From Pyrolobus fumarii 1A (GTDB taxonomy: Archaea; Thermoproteota; Thermoprotei_A; Sulfolobales; Pyrodictiaceae): a DNA stretch of 32,000 nt. The stretch lies in NCBI RefSeq assembly GCF_000223395.1, contig NC_015931.1, positions 1,020,001 through 1,052,000 on the forward strand, read 5' to 3'. The position numbers and the translations under genes are program-made. This document shows positions 9,083 to 17,849 of this stretch, piece by piece; position 1 is the stretch's first letter, and the number at the start of each line of letters is the position of its first letter. Under the pieces are notes generated by a model. That model made no database searches. It was not told the origin of the DNA and saw nothing but the letters and a program-made list of their open reading frames with translations.

Positions 9083-9885
9083 CGGGGTTCGGTACGAGTA
9101 TAGAGTACGTGACGCTCCGGCTTTTGGATGTGTTGCGTGAAGCAGACAAGGTCTACATAGATGCGTATACCAGTATAGCGCCTGGGCTTGACGCGGATAG
9201 TGTTGCTAGGCTTGCGCCTCGCGCCGAGATAGTGATTGCAGACCGTAAGCTTCTCGAGGAGAAGCAGAGCGTTATCATCGAGGAGGCGCGGGAGAAGAAT
9301 ATCGTGGTTCTCGTCCCGGGGGACCCGATGCTAGCAACTACGCACGTGACGCTCCGCATCGAGGCCGTGAGGAGAGGTGTGTCTGTTGAACTCATCCATG
9401 GCGTCTCTGGGTTGCAAGCTGTCGTTAGCTACACTGGTCTGCAGGTGTACCGTTTCGGGCGTACAGTGACACTCGTCTACCCCGAGGAGGGCTTCAAGCC
9501 ATACTCAACAGTAGAGTATACATGGGAGAACCTTGACCGTGGGCTGCACACGCTCATACTACTCGATCTGCGCTTGGATCAGGGCCGAGCAATGAGCATC
9601 AACGAGGCTATACCGATACTCCTCGAGCTTGAAGACGAGCTAGTCTCGCAGACGGGGCGCAAAGAGAGGCTCATACGAGACTCTATACTGGTGGGCGTGG
9701 CGCGTGCTGGCACACGCGAAGCAAAGTGCAGGGCTGGCAAGGCGGAAGAGGTGGCGTCCGAGGCCTATCCTCCCCCGCCACACTCGCTGATAGTAACAGC
9801 GCCCAGGCTACACCCTATAGAAGAAGAGGCGCTACACCTCATATGCAATCTGGGCGTGGCGCGGCACGGCCCGAAGACACGCTAA
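9067..9885 (+). CDS. dphB: Diphthine synthase (tetrapyrrole-methylase superfamily)
   Basis: N-terminus MPLFIAGFGTS...VTLRLLDVLREADKVYIDAYTS and VLVPGDPMLATTH, with length and architecture typical of archaeal Dph5. Confidence 0.9.
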   Translation: MPLFIAGFGTSIEYVTLRLLDVLREADKVYIDAYTSIAPGLDADSVARLAPRAEIVIADRKLLEEKQSVIIEEAREKNIVVLVPGDPMLATTHVTLRIEAVRRGVSVELIHGVSGLQAVVSYTGLQVYRFGRTVTLVYPEEGFKPYSTVEYTWENLDRGLHTLILLDLRLDQGRAMSINEAIPILLELEDELVSQTGRKERLIRDSILVGVARAGTREAKCRAGKAEEVASEAYPPPPHSLIVTAPRLHPIEEEALHLICNLGVARHGPKTR

Positions 9886-10029
9886 TCCGGGCGCCGCGTT
9901 GGCCCCTCCACGCACATCCACCCGAGAACCGGTCAGCGTGCGAAGCGTACCTGGTGCGTGTTCTCCGAGTGGCGGGTAAGGGGTTAGACCCTCGGGCGTA
10001 GCTAGAGTACACCAGGGAGGCTAGACTCT

Positions 10030-10725
10030 ATGACCGAGAAGCTCGAAACCCTCACCATTAATGACGTCGAGATAAGATGGTTGGGTCACGCTGGTTTCCG
10101 CATAGCGTGGCCGGGAGGCACCCTATACGTGGACCCCTACAAGGTGAGGGTGTCCCCCCGCGATGGGCGTCTCGTTCTCGTCACGCATGAGCATTTTGAC
10201 CATTGTAGCCCCGAGGATATACTCAGGGTGGCTTCTAGCGGCGCGACGCTGGTTGCCCCCCGTGTAGCTGAGTCGTGTGCCGCCAAGACCGGGTTGAAGG
10301 TTGTCAGTGTGGCTCCCGGTGACAAGCTAGAGCTGGGGGACGTTGTGATCGAGACCGTGCCAGCGTACAACACGAACAAGTTCCGCGCGCCGGGCGTCGT
10401 ATTCCACCCGAAGGAGGATGGGAGGGTAGGCTATCTCATCGAGGTTGGCGGCGTGAGGATCTTCCATGCTGGCGACTCGGACAACATACCGGAGTATGAG
10501 CAGCTCCGGGGGCGTGTTGACGTAGCGTTGTTGCCCGTGAGTGGCGTCTATGTGATGACTGCCGAGGAGGCTGCCGAGGCGGCGAAGCGGATACAGCCGC
10601 GTGTCGCAATCCCGATGCATTATGGAGAGTTTGTTGGTAGTGAGGCTGACGCGGAGAAGCTGGCTAGGCTCCTAGAGGGGAGCGGGGTTAAGGTGGTGAT
10701 ACTAGAACGTACCACGAGGTTGTAA
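10030..10725 (+). CDS. Metallo-beta-lactamase-fold hydrolase (UPF0173-like)
   Basis: LVTHEHFDHC (HxHxDH) motif, later HAGDS and PMHYG; 231 aa. Confidence 0.8.
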   Translation: MTEKLETLTINDVEIRWLGHAGFRIAWPGGTLYVDPYKVRVSPRDGRLVLVTHEHFDHCSPEDILRVASSGATLVAPRVAESCAAKTGLKVVSVAPGDKLELGDVVIETVPAYNTNKFRAPGVVFHPKEDGRVGYLIEVGGVRIFHAGDSDNIPEYEQLRGRVDVALLPVSGVYVMTAEEAAEAAKRIQPRVAIPMHYGEFVGSEADAEKLARLLEGSGVKVVILERTTRL

Positions 10726-10729
10726 AGCA

Positions 10730-11776
10730 TTGGAGCCTGTGCAGATATTCGCGGACTGGGACGCTGACGGAGTGGTCTCCGCGGCGCTGATATACTATGC
10801 TCAGAGGTATCGTGGCAAGTTCCCCCTGCCGGGCGAGAAAGCCGACATAGGCCTTTGGCCTGGTGGCCCCCGTTCGACGCTACGCAACATCGAGGAGCTT
10901 TTGGAGCGCGTCCGGAGGACCAGGCGTGAGCCGCGCGTAGCGGTATTCCTCGACATCCCGCTAACGCCCCAGATGCTAGAGGCGCTCAAAACACTCCAGA
11001 GAGAGCTGACGAACATACGCATAGTCTACATTGACCACCACTACTCAACGTTAGCCAATGCAAAGAAGCTCTATGAGGTGGTCGAGGAGGCTTATCTAGG
11101 TCATCGCCCGACCGCAGTACTAGTCTATAATCTGCTACGCAGCCTTGGTGTTCGCCACGTAACCCCACGCCTAGAGGCATTCATGAGGGCTGTTGGAGTA
11201 CTCGAGAGAGACAAGGTGGCGGGTCAAGTAGAGGACCGTATAGTGAAGCTGGCCGCGAGCCTATCCAAGGCTACTGCTGTCACACGCGACGCCGAGCTAT
11301 GGAGGAGGCTTGTAGTGTGGCTCGCCTCTCCGCTACCATCGCCAGCCCCCGTAGACCAGAACCTTATAGAGCGTGTCGTGAAGATAGCCCAGGAGAGTGA
11401 CCGCGAGATAGAAGAGAAGGCTAAGCTGCTCGCCCCTAGTGCGAGGAGAGTTGGCTTCCTCAAGGTGATTGACGTTAGGGGCCGGTGGGAGGGCAGAGGA
11501 GTCTCAGCGCTAGCATCCAAGCTGTACAAGATAGTCAGAGGCCCGGTAGCCGTGATTGCGAACGCCGGCGAGCATAGTATCATCGTGATTAGGGCGCCCG
11601 GGAAACTAGCATACCGAATGGCGCTCCTACTCGTAAAGAAGGGGCTCGGCGACAATATAGGTGGGCATGGCAGCCTTGCGATAGTAAGGCTGAAACCCGA
11701 GGTCGAGACAAACAAGCTACTTGAGGAACTACGTAGGATAAGCTTCGAGGCACAGAGAAGCACCCGGAGGCGCTAA
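10730..11776 (+). CDS. DHH-family phosphoesterase (RecJ-like domain protein)
   Basis: Motif I DWDADGVVSAA and motif III VYIDHHYS. It starts 5 nt after the preceding gene. Confidence 0.7.
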   Translation: MEPVQIFADWDADGVVSAALIYYAQRYRGKFPLPGEKADIGLWPGGPRSTLRNIEELLERVRRTRREPRVAVFLDIPLTPQMLEALKTLQRELTNIRIVYIDHHYSTLANAKKLYEVVEEAYLGHRPTAVLVYNLLRSLGVRHVTPRLEAFMRAVGVLERDKVAGQVEDRIVKLAASLSKATAVTRDAELWRRLVVWLASPLPSPAPVDQNLIERVVKIAQESDREIEEKAKLLAPSARRVGFLKVIDVRGRWEGRGVSALASKLYKIVRGPVAVIANAGEHSIIVIRAPGKLAYRMALLLVKKGLGDNIGGHGSLAIVRLKPEVETNKLLEELRRISFEAQRSTRRR

Positions 11777-11778
11777 AA

Positions 11779-12168
11779 TTGCGTGCAGGCTGTGCACGCG
11801 TAGTGGCATTGTGCCTCTTCGACGAGAGCCTAGCTAAGTATATCGAGGAGAAGCTTCGCGAGAACATGCTCGTTATACGGGTTCCACCAGAGTGCCCACT
11901 CGACGTGATGCACGCTACGCTATGGGCGCTTGGCGAGGCTCGTAGAAAACTCGGCGAGGAGGTCTCACCAGACCAGCTAGTCATAGTGACAGACTCAACG
12001 ACGCTAATCCACGACGACGAGGTTAGGAGGATGCTGGGACCGGTCAAGATAATCCGCGTTAAAGGCTGTACGCCGGAGGAAGTAGTGGCGTCAATCCTAG
12101 CTGCAGCTTGCGAACCCGTCTACGCGCCGTGCGAGGTAGACGCCGGGCTGGGTTGGCTACAAGCCTAG
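11779..12168 (+). CDS. Hypothetical protein
   Basis: The ORF is packed directly after the DHH gene and has protein-like composition. I recognise no motif. Confidence 0.4.
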   Translation: MRAGCARVVALCLFDESLAKYIEEKLRENMLVIRVPPECPLDVMHATLWALGEARRKLGEEVSPDQLVIVTDSTTLIHDDEVRRMLGPVKIIRVKGCTPEEVVASILAAACEPVYAPCEVDAGLGWLQA

Positions 12169-13080
12169 GGCGTCGAAACCAGCGCCTATCTCCTCGACCG
12201 TAGCCTCGCGACCCGTTTCTATGCAATGCCCCGGCCCTGGGCCTATGCACGCCCTGCCGTGCTCCGGGTCCAGACACACCTCGATACCATCAAGGATCGG
12301 CACGCCTTCGATACGCACCAGCCTATTAGAGGTGTCGAACACCACACGAGCATCTCCTATGAACCTAAGCCTCCAGTCGTAAACCTCCAACTCCACAACC
12401 TGCCTAGTGTACAACTCTCCCTCGAGCCTCCACCCCCGCAGGTCAACAAGCAAACCACGATCCATAACCGCCTTGTTGACGGCATGCGCAACCACACTGG
12501 GCTTCAACAACAACCTGTTATCAAACCACTCGACGGCCTCCAAGAGCTTCCTGGCAAGGTACAATGCCTTCGGGACCAGCGAGGCAGTGGGCTGCGAGCG
12601 CGGATAGGCACATGGCGGCCTAGAGCCCCGAATGTAATACGCGTATATCATCGCGATAGCCTCGTAGACCGGGTCCCCTGCGCCAAGCACACCATGCCTA
12701 ACGCCGCTAATCCCACCGCAATCGCCAGACACGCAAACAACTATAGATCGTGGCTTCTCCGGGAGAAGACCGTCGCGTCTAGCAGGATCCACGATAACCA
12801 CGGGCTCCTTCAGCTGCCCCGGGAGCGTATCACCAAGGAACAGTATCCTATCCACCGCTAGCCGGACCGGCACCCTAGACTCCACGATAGACTTGCTGCG
12901 CGGCACACGCCCAACAACGCTAACCACCCAGCCGCTATCGCCGAGACCAGCAAACAACGTGCGAGCAACAACAGCAACATCAAAGCTAGACCTAGGCCCA
13001 ACGATCACAACGTGAAGCTCACTCATCAAACCCCCAGCATTCTGCACAAACCAGGATACTCGGATAAAACAAGAAGCCAA
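12157..13080 (-). CDS. Conserved hypothetical protein (likely start near 13026, MSELHVVIVG)
   Basis: Long ORF with protein-like composition, while the opposite-strand ORF 12226..12861 is P/H/Q/R-rich nonsense. No family recognised. Confidence 0.5.
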   Translation of the reverse strand: MASCFIRVSWFVQNAGGLMSELHVVIVGPRSSFDVAVVARTLFAGLGDSGWVVSVVGRVPRSKSIVESRVPVRLAVDRILFLGDTLPGQLKEPVVIVDPARRDGLLPEKPRSIVVCVSGDCGGISGVRHGVLGAGDPVYEAIAMIYAYYIRGSRPPCAYPRSQPTASLVPKALYLARKLLEAVEWFDNRLLLKPSVVAHAVNKAVMDRGLLVDLRGWRLEGELYTRQVVELEVYDWRLRFIGDARVVFDTSNRLVRIEGVPILDGIEVCLDPEHGRACIGPGPGHCIETGREATVEEIGAGFDALGL

Positions 13081-13155
13081 CTAGCACAGTAACCCTCAAC
13101 AGTCGATAGGAGTGCAGTTGCACAAGAGAGTGGCACACGTTTTTGCCGCTTAAAC

Positions 13156-13554
13156 ATGGTAGGTCCGAGACAAGGTGAGACCTTGCCCCGCGTGTGCATC
13201 CCGACAGATGACGGCATAAAGGTGAGGAAAGGAGAACCAAGCAGAGCGGCACACATCCTAATCTACGAGTGGACCGGCAACCGATGGCAGCTCGTGCTAC
13301 GCCTCCAGAACCCGTACAGAAACGCCAGCCCCGGCGATGAATGCAAGCTAGCAAAGCTCCTATCGCAACACGGATGTGAGACACTAGTCGCCACACTAAT
13401 CAGAGACGAGGAAAAGACGTGCATGCAAAACGCTAACCTAGAGATAGTCACGGTGGAGCCGGGAGCCGAGATATGGGACGCGCTAAACAAGCTATCATCG
13501 AGACATGCTATGGAGGGGAAAACCCTAAACCCCCAGGTAGGCGAGAGTGGTTAG
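13156..13554 (+). CDS. NifB/NifX/NifY-like (dinitrogenase FeMo-cofactor-binding fold) domain protein
   Basis: The pattern RVCIPTDDG...AAHILIYEW ... GCETLVATLI ... LEIVTV...IWDALNKL resembles small archaeal NifX-like domain proteins. Weak, by eye only. Confidence 0.4.
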   Translation: MVGPRQGETLPRVCIPTDDGIKVRKGEPSRAAHILIYEWTGNRWQLVLRLQNPYRNASPGDECKLAKLLSQHGCETLVATLIRDEEKTCMQNANLEIVTVEPGAEIWDALNKLSSRHAMEGKTLNPQVGESG

Positions 13555-13565
13555 TGGACCATACA

Positions 13566-13643
13566 GGGCCCGTAGCCTAGCCAGGATAGGGCGCCGGCCT
13601 TCTAAGCCGGTAGTCCGGGGTTCAAATCCCCGCGGGCCCGCCA
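13566..13643 (+). tRNA. tRNA-Arg (anticodon TCT) with genomically encoded CCA
   Basis: Cloverleaf folded by hand: acceptor GGGCCCG/CGGGCCC, D stem GCCT/GGGC, anticodon stem CCGGC/GCCGG with loop CTTCTAA, T arm CGGGG-TTCAAAT-CCCCG, discriminator G, CCA. It is 75 nt without the CCA and has no intron. Confidence 0.92.
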
Positions 13644-13875
13644 AACCTGTTCTCACCTCTCACTCCCCGAAAGCTCCCAGGCTTGAATGCCCGTCATGAG
13701 GAATCCAAATCCGAAAAGTTGTTTCACTTGTACGGAAAATAGCGGGTTATGCATGATAGAAATTGTTAAGACCTTGAATATCGGTAAGGCAATGTTCTTC
13801 AATATTAGCTGAAATTGTGTTAAAGCAATCGTATTGTTTTTATAATATGCGTAAAGATCCGTTTTTGATACTCAA

Positions 13876-14145
13876 GTGGGGTTGAGTATGGGGAGTGATA
13901 CCATCAAGGTATTAAAGGACATTATCGATTCTAAGTTAGCTTATAAGTATGTACTTTGCACACTGCTTAGCTCCGAAAGAGAGTTTCTCACGACTTCGGA
14001 ACTCGGCTCCATACTACAATATTCTACAAGTTATATCCGCCGGATTGTTAAAGAAATGGAGGAAAAGGGGTTAGTGATACTAGAGAGGCTACAACCAGAT
14101 GATAGAATACTTGTAAAGATCCCAACGGAACTAAAGAAGATCTAA
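13876..14145 (+). CDS. Small winged-helix (MarR/ArsR-like) DNA-binding protein
   Basis: LTTSELGSILQYSTSYIRRIVKEMEEKGLVILE is a classic HTH plus wing. It is 85-89 aa, and the ATG at 13888 is a possible start. Confidence 0.6.
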   Translation: MGLSMGSDTIKVLKDIIDSKLAYKYVLCTLLSSEREFLTTSELGSILQYSTSYIRRIVKEMEEKGLVILERLQPDDRILVKIPTELKKI

Positions 14146-14163
14146 CACATAATCCTAAAGGAC

Positions 14164-14847
14164 GTGTGTAGCGACATCAATGTGCCTTTCAGCCTAAATG
14201 ACTCGCTTAGGAGAATAGAGAAAATACGTGCTCGTGAACTGTTAGAAGAGATCGTGGCATCTGTTCTTCAAGAACTAGGTTTTGATGTAAAGGTTGATAG
14301 GAAGATGGATGCTAAAGGCGCACAAGCGAAAATCGAGGTCGATGTATGGGCGGAGAAAAGAGTTGGCGACTCACGCTTCAAAATCTATGTTTCTTGCAAG
14401 AATTGGAATAAAGATGATGACAGTCGTGTGGTTTACGAGGAGTTTGGTAGAACGTCTAGCTTGTTAGATGTTCCACATCTCAGGATACTTATAGTCAAGT
14501 CCATGAACTCGCAGGCTAAGAAGATGGCCGATGCCAACGGCTTCTTTGTCATAGAACTTGGTGAGAAGGCGACAGAGTTCAACAGAAACGAGATACGCGA
14601 CCTCCTATACAAAAGGCTCTCCGAACTATTCCGAGGTATAGCACCACCCCAGCTAGTCAGCATTGCAGAGAAGGTTAGGGTTATATCAACTGAGCTCGCA
14701 GGAATATCTAGCGAGTTAAAAATAGTAGGAGGTAAAGTAAATGTAGATTCTAAGCACGTGTGGTTGTACAAAAACAGTCATAGTTGTTGCAAAAACTATA
14801 CAGATGCGGTGAAGACCGCAGACGACTATTGTAAGAGACAAATATGA
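14164..14847 (+). CDS. Restriction-endonuclease-fold (Mrr_cat-like, PD-(D/E)xK) protein with a helical C-terminal extension
   Basis: ELLEEIVASVLQELGFDV ... AKIEVDVWAEK ... KIYVSCKNW matches the Mrr catalytic-core layout (D/E ... ExD ... xCK). It starts 18 nt after the wHTH gene. Confidence 0.55.
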   Translation: MCSDINVPFSLNDSLRRIEKIRARELLEEIVASVLQELGFDVKVDRKMDAKGAQAKIEVDVWAEKRVGDSRFKIYVSCKNWNKDDDSRVVYEEFGRTSSLLDVPHLRILIVKSMNSQAKKMADANGFFVIELGEKATEFNRNEIRDLLYKRLSELFRGIAPPQLVSIAEKVRVISTELAGISSELKIVGGKVNVDSKHVWLYKNSHSCCKNYTDAVKTADDYCKRQI

Positions 14848-14889
14848 ATATATACGCTAGTATATTCGTATTTGTAGGTATATGCTAGC

Positions 14890-16512
14890 CTACTTTTTGA
14901 GCGATATTGTCGATGCTGCTGCAACCACAGCTGCTAGTATGCCAACTGCTATCAGTATCGTATTGCTTGTATCTCTCAACGCTTTAATCTCATTTGACAT
15001 TGCCTCCAGCTTACCGTCTAGCTTTTCTACCTCTGCCTTTAGCCGTTGCACCTCGTTCGCCACGACCGATAACGTCGTGTTTAGTTTCTCTATTCGCGTG
15101 TGTATTGTGCTACCCAGTGACCCTATCCTATTCTCAACGCTGACAAGCCTCTCAGATGTATAGTTTGTAGCCTCTAGCACAGCACCCACTCTCTCCTCGA
15201 TTGCATTCGTCTTCTCTACCAGCTTGCCCCCGAGAGTATCTACGAGGTCGCGTAGCGACGCAATCTTGGATGCTAGCGTCTTGCCAGTCATCCTTATCTC
15301 GACGCGCACACCCGAGATGTTAAGCGCAATACTGTTCAACTCCGAGAGTGTAAGGTTAAGCTTGGTTCTAGCGTCGCCGAGCTCACCGAGAACCCTTGCC
15401 AGCGCCTCCTCCACACTCTCGTTGTGCTCCGACAGAGCCTCTATCACAGCGCCCAGCCTAGCCTGTATCTCAGCGAGAGTCCTAGACGTGTTAGCGGAGA
15501 ATCCGTCCACCGTGATGCGTAGCTCAGCCACCTCTCTCGCAACACCACTAGTAGCGTTGTACACTATGAGCGACAGCCTCTGCTCAAGCCTGCCCAACAC
15601 GTCCGCCACAAACTTCCTCGTCTCCTCAGCCTCACCAGAGACCAGGACACCTAGCCTAGTAACCTCCCTAGAGACTCCAAGCACCGTGTCACGCACCAAC
15701 TCCACATTACTAGCCACGTTGCCCAGCTTAGACTCGACCTTGTCCAGCCTAGATGCTATATCCTCAAGCATACGAGTAACATTGTACAACTGATAGATTA
15801 TGTGCAGGAACTGTGCCTCCCTGTACATCCAAACTGGCTGTACCAAGTAGAATGTAAACGTGTAGGTACTGTATGCGCAATACGCTATATCCGTCTTCAC
15901 TTTGTCCCATAGGCATGATACCACACGCGCGAATATTGTATGCTTGCCAGGCACATCTAATATTACCGTTGGCGATATACCAGTTATTATGAAGCAGTAC
16001 GGCGTGTTAGACGATAGGTCGCGGTCACAAAACACTCTGAAGCCTATCTCGCTTGGCGATGATATCCACTCTCCAGGCTGATAGGCTATCTCCGGGTCAC
16101 TAGACCATAATGTAAGTAGCTCATTGTACAACGTATGTTCGCCATACGAAGTTAGGTAATCATCATCATTAAGCTCCCTAAAGTACATCAATGGACGCAC
16201 AAAGTCGAGATTCACAGCTATATCGGCAAATGCTACATACTCGTGAAACGGTCCTATAACGAACACGATATAGTCATACACGTCTAGTGTCGAACCACTA
16301 GTCCATGCCAGTTCTCTACCCTCCAGGTAGTAGCCCGTAACGTCAAGAATCCCTGCCACCGTAACGCCTGGCATCACACTAGAAATGTCGTAGATATCTG
16401 TGTACGAGTTTATAACATCTATTGTAACACTTGCATGCGTCATATACGCAACTGTTACGACTAGCATCAGTATAGCCAGTATCGTTGTGAGCACAACTCT
16501 ACCTATCCTCAC
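14890..16512 (-). CDS. Membrane-anchored surface protein: signal peptide, Cys-containing globular domain, ~270-aa coiled-coil stalk, C-terminal TM anchor
   Basis: N-terminus MRIGRVVLTTILAILMLVVTVAY and C-terminus TILIAVGILAAVVAAASTISLKK. Residues ~245-515 are heptad/hendecad-like helical repeats carrying 8 N-x-S/T sequons. Confidence 0.7.
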   Translation of the reverse strand: MRIGRVVLTTILAILMLVVTVAYMTHASVTIDVINSYTDIYDISSVMPGVTVAGILDVTGYYLEGRELAWTSGSTLDVYDYIVFVIGPFHEYVAFADIAVNLDFVRPLMYFRELNDDDYLTSYGEHTLYNELLTLWSSDPEIAYQPGEWISSPSEIGFRVFCDRDLSSNTPYCFIITGISPTVILDVPGKHTIFARVVSCLWDKVKTDIAYCAYSTYTFTFYLVQPVWMYREAQFLHIIYQLYNVTRMLEDIASRLDKVESKLGNVASNVELVRDTVLGVSREVTRLGVLVSGEAEETRKFVADVLGRLEQRLSLIVYNATSGVAREVAELRITVDGFSANTSRTLAEIQARLGAVIEALSEHNESVEEALARVLGELGDARTKLNLTLSELNSIALNISGVRVEIRMTGKTLASKIASLRDLVDTLGGKLVEKTNAIEERVGAVLEATNYTSERLVSVENRIGSLGSTIHTRIEKLNTTLSVVANEVQRLKAEVEKLDGKLEAMSNEIKALRDTSNTILIAVGILAAVVAAASTISLKK

Positions 16513-16785
16513 TGGCTACCACCACACATAGACTCAAACCAGTGATGCAATATATACTTATCTGTACTACAACATGGATACAGCTATGCAAAGATGGTAA
16601 TAATATAGGCATACGCTATGCGTAGCTACATATCGCATAAAACACAAACAAAAGCTTAATACTTTATCATAGGCTGAGGCGTGGATAAATAGTATGTTCA
16701 CACTTGCCAGTTTCATACTGGCTAGGTATGCCTTCACCCTATCGGAGATGACGGAGCATGCCAGACGACACGGTTCACACGGGTT

Positions 16786-17115
16786 CTATGCGAGCTTGAT
16801 TAGCTTGGCACCTCTCCTCTTATACTCTTCTAGCGTTTTAGGGTCTACAACGTGTATCTCGAGAGGGTAGTATGGAGGGATGCCTGCCTTCTCGAGCGTC
16901 TCCCATATCCTGGCTATCACTTCGACGCGCTTCTCTGGTGTCACGCGCTCCCTGAGGACTACCATGACGTCGATGTCGCTTAGCACTGTTAGTCTCTTTT
17001 CAGCTGCGCCTCCAAAGAGGTACACTTCCGATTCTGGATATAGCATCTTGACTATTGAGGCGAAGACTTGGACGACTTTCTTCCACTCTCTGAGCAGTTT
17101 GAGCCTACTATCCAC
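16786..17115 (-). CDS. Minimal nucleotidyltransferase (MNT), partner of the HEPN protein
   Basis: YLFGGAAEKRLTVLSDIDVMVV (GG...SDxD NTase motif). The likely GTG start at 17115 overlaps the HEPN stop by 8 nt (GTGGATAG). The ORF track's start at 17157 is probably too long. Confidence 0.8.
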   Translation of the reverse strand: MDSRLKLLREWKKVVQVFASIVKMLYPESEVYLFGGAAEKRLTVLSDIDVMVVLRERVTPEKRVEVIARIWETLEKAGIPPYYPLEIHVVDPKTLEEYKRRGAKLIKLA

Positions 17116-17533
17116 CAAACAGTTTCTCCTCCAGCTCTTCTGCGAGCCGTAATACACTCTTGGTGGTAGAGAGGACTATCTCGGCTTCGCGCCTACTATA
17201 TTCTACCGGGCCGTACGCGGCGCGAGTGTGAGCCTCGCTGAGCCATGCTAACTCCCTCCTATGTCTCCTCACATAGTCTGCGACGTAGCCAGCCTCGTTG
17301 GCGAGACCCTGCTCTAAGAGAGCAGAGACGAGTACGGCGAGCAACTCGCGGATATCATGGCCTCTAACCTCCTCGCCAAGCACCCGGTAGAGGAGGGACT
17401 TCAGGTAGAGCTGGGCGGCATACTCCGCCTCTCTAGCGCAGGTGTCGTAATCGCCTTCATTGCAAGCCCTCTCAGCCCATCTTAGTGCGTTGAGAGCCCG
17501 TCTACGCAGTAACATCGCGTATTCTCCGCTCAC
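17108..17533 (-). CDS. HEPN domain protein
   Basis: The layout AEYAAQLYLKSLLYRVLGEEVRGHDIRELL ... LSEAHTRAAYG matches the classical HEPN family, and it pairs with an MNT gene. Confidence 0.75.
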   Translation of the reverse strand: MSGEYAMLLRRRALNALRWAERACNEGDYDTCAREAEYAAQLYLKSLLYRVLGEEVRGHDIRELLAVLVSALLEQGLANEAGYVADYVRRHRRELAWLSEAHTRAAYGPVEYSRREAEIVLSTTKSVLRLAEELEEKLFGG

Positions 17534-17849
17534 AGCGTAACCCCGCCATTAAGGATAGAGGCTTCAAACTAGGTTCTTGTCCTTGACATAATGTAGACAT
17601 GTGTCACATGTAGGGGGCTTCACACTCTCTACGACCGCATGGTCGTAAATTGCTAGCACATCCAGCCTCGAAGGCAACTTGGTAAAGGATCAATTAAGGT
17701 GGCACATAGCGACCCTCGTGGGGATGCAAACCTGTGGTAGAGGTTGGCTGTGTTCACCTATTTCAATTGCTAACCTGATAGTCGGGCAGTCGAGTCGACC
17801 TCTCAACCTCGTCCTCTCACCCAAAACATTCGTGGTGAGTCTCTCGCGG

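Larger units (their letters stand above)
13644..17533. other. AT-richer genomic island immediately 3' of tRNA-Arg (no integrase seen)
   Basis: Composition shifts visibly right after the tRNA. The content is accessory: wHTH, Mrr-like nuclease, coiled-coil surface protein, HEPN-MNT. I found no direct repeat of the tRNA 3' end. Confidence 0.45.

Noticed and set aside
12226-12861. 211-aa plus-strand ORF opposite the 307-aa hypothetical gene
   Set aside because: Its translation is dominated by P/H/Q/R and lacks hydrophobic periodicity, while the minus-strand product looks like a folded protein.
13019-13396. Minus-strand ORFs 13019-13396, 13026-13256 and 13263-13490 around the NifX-like gene
   Set aside because: They are Cys/Arg/Ser-rich shadow ORFs that overlap a better plus-strand candidate and a promoter region.
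14882-15793. Plus-strand ORFs 14882-15163 and 15224-15793 opposite the coiled-coil gene
   Set aside because: Their Ser/Thr/Leu-rich translations are the mirror image of a coiled-coil coding sequence. The minus-strand gene has a signal peptide, sequons and a TM anchor.
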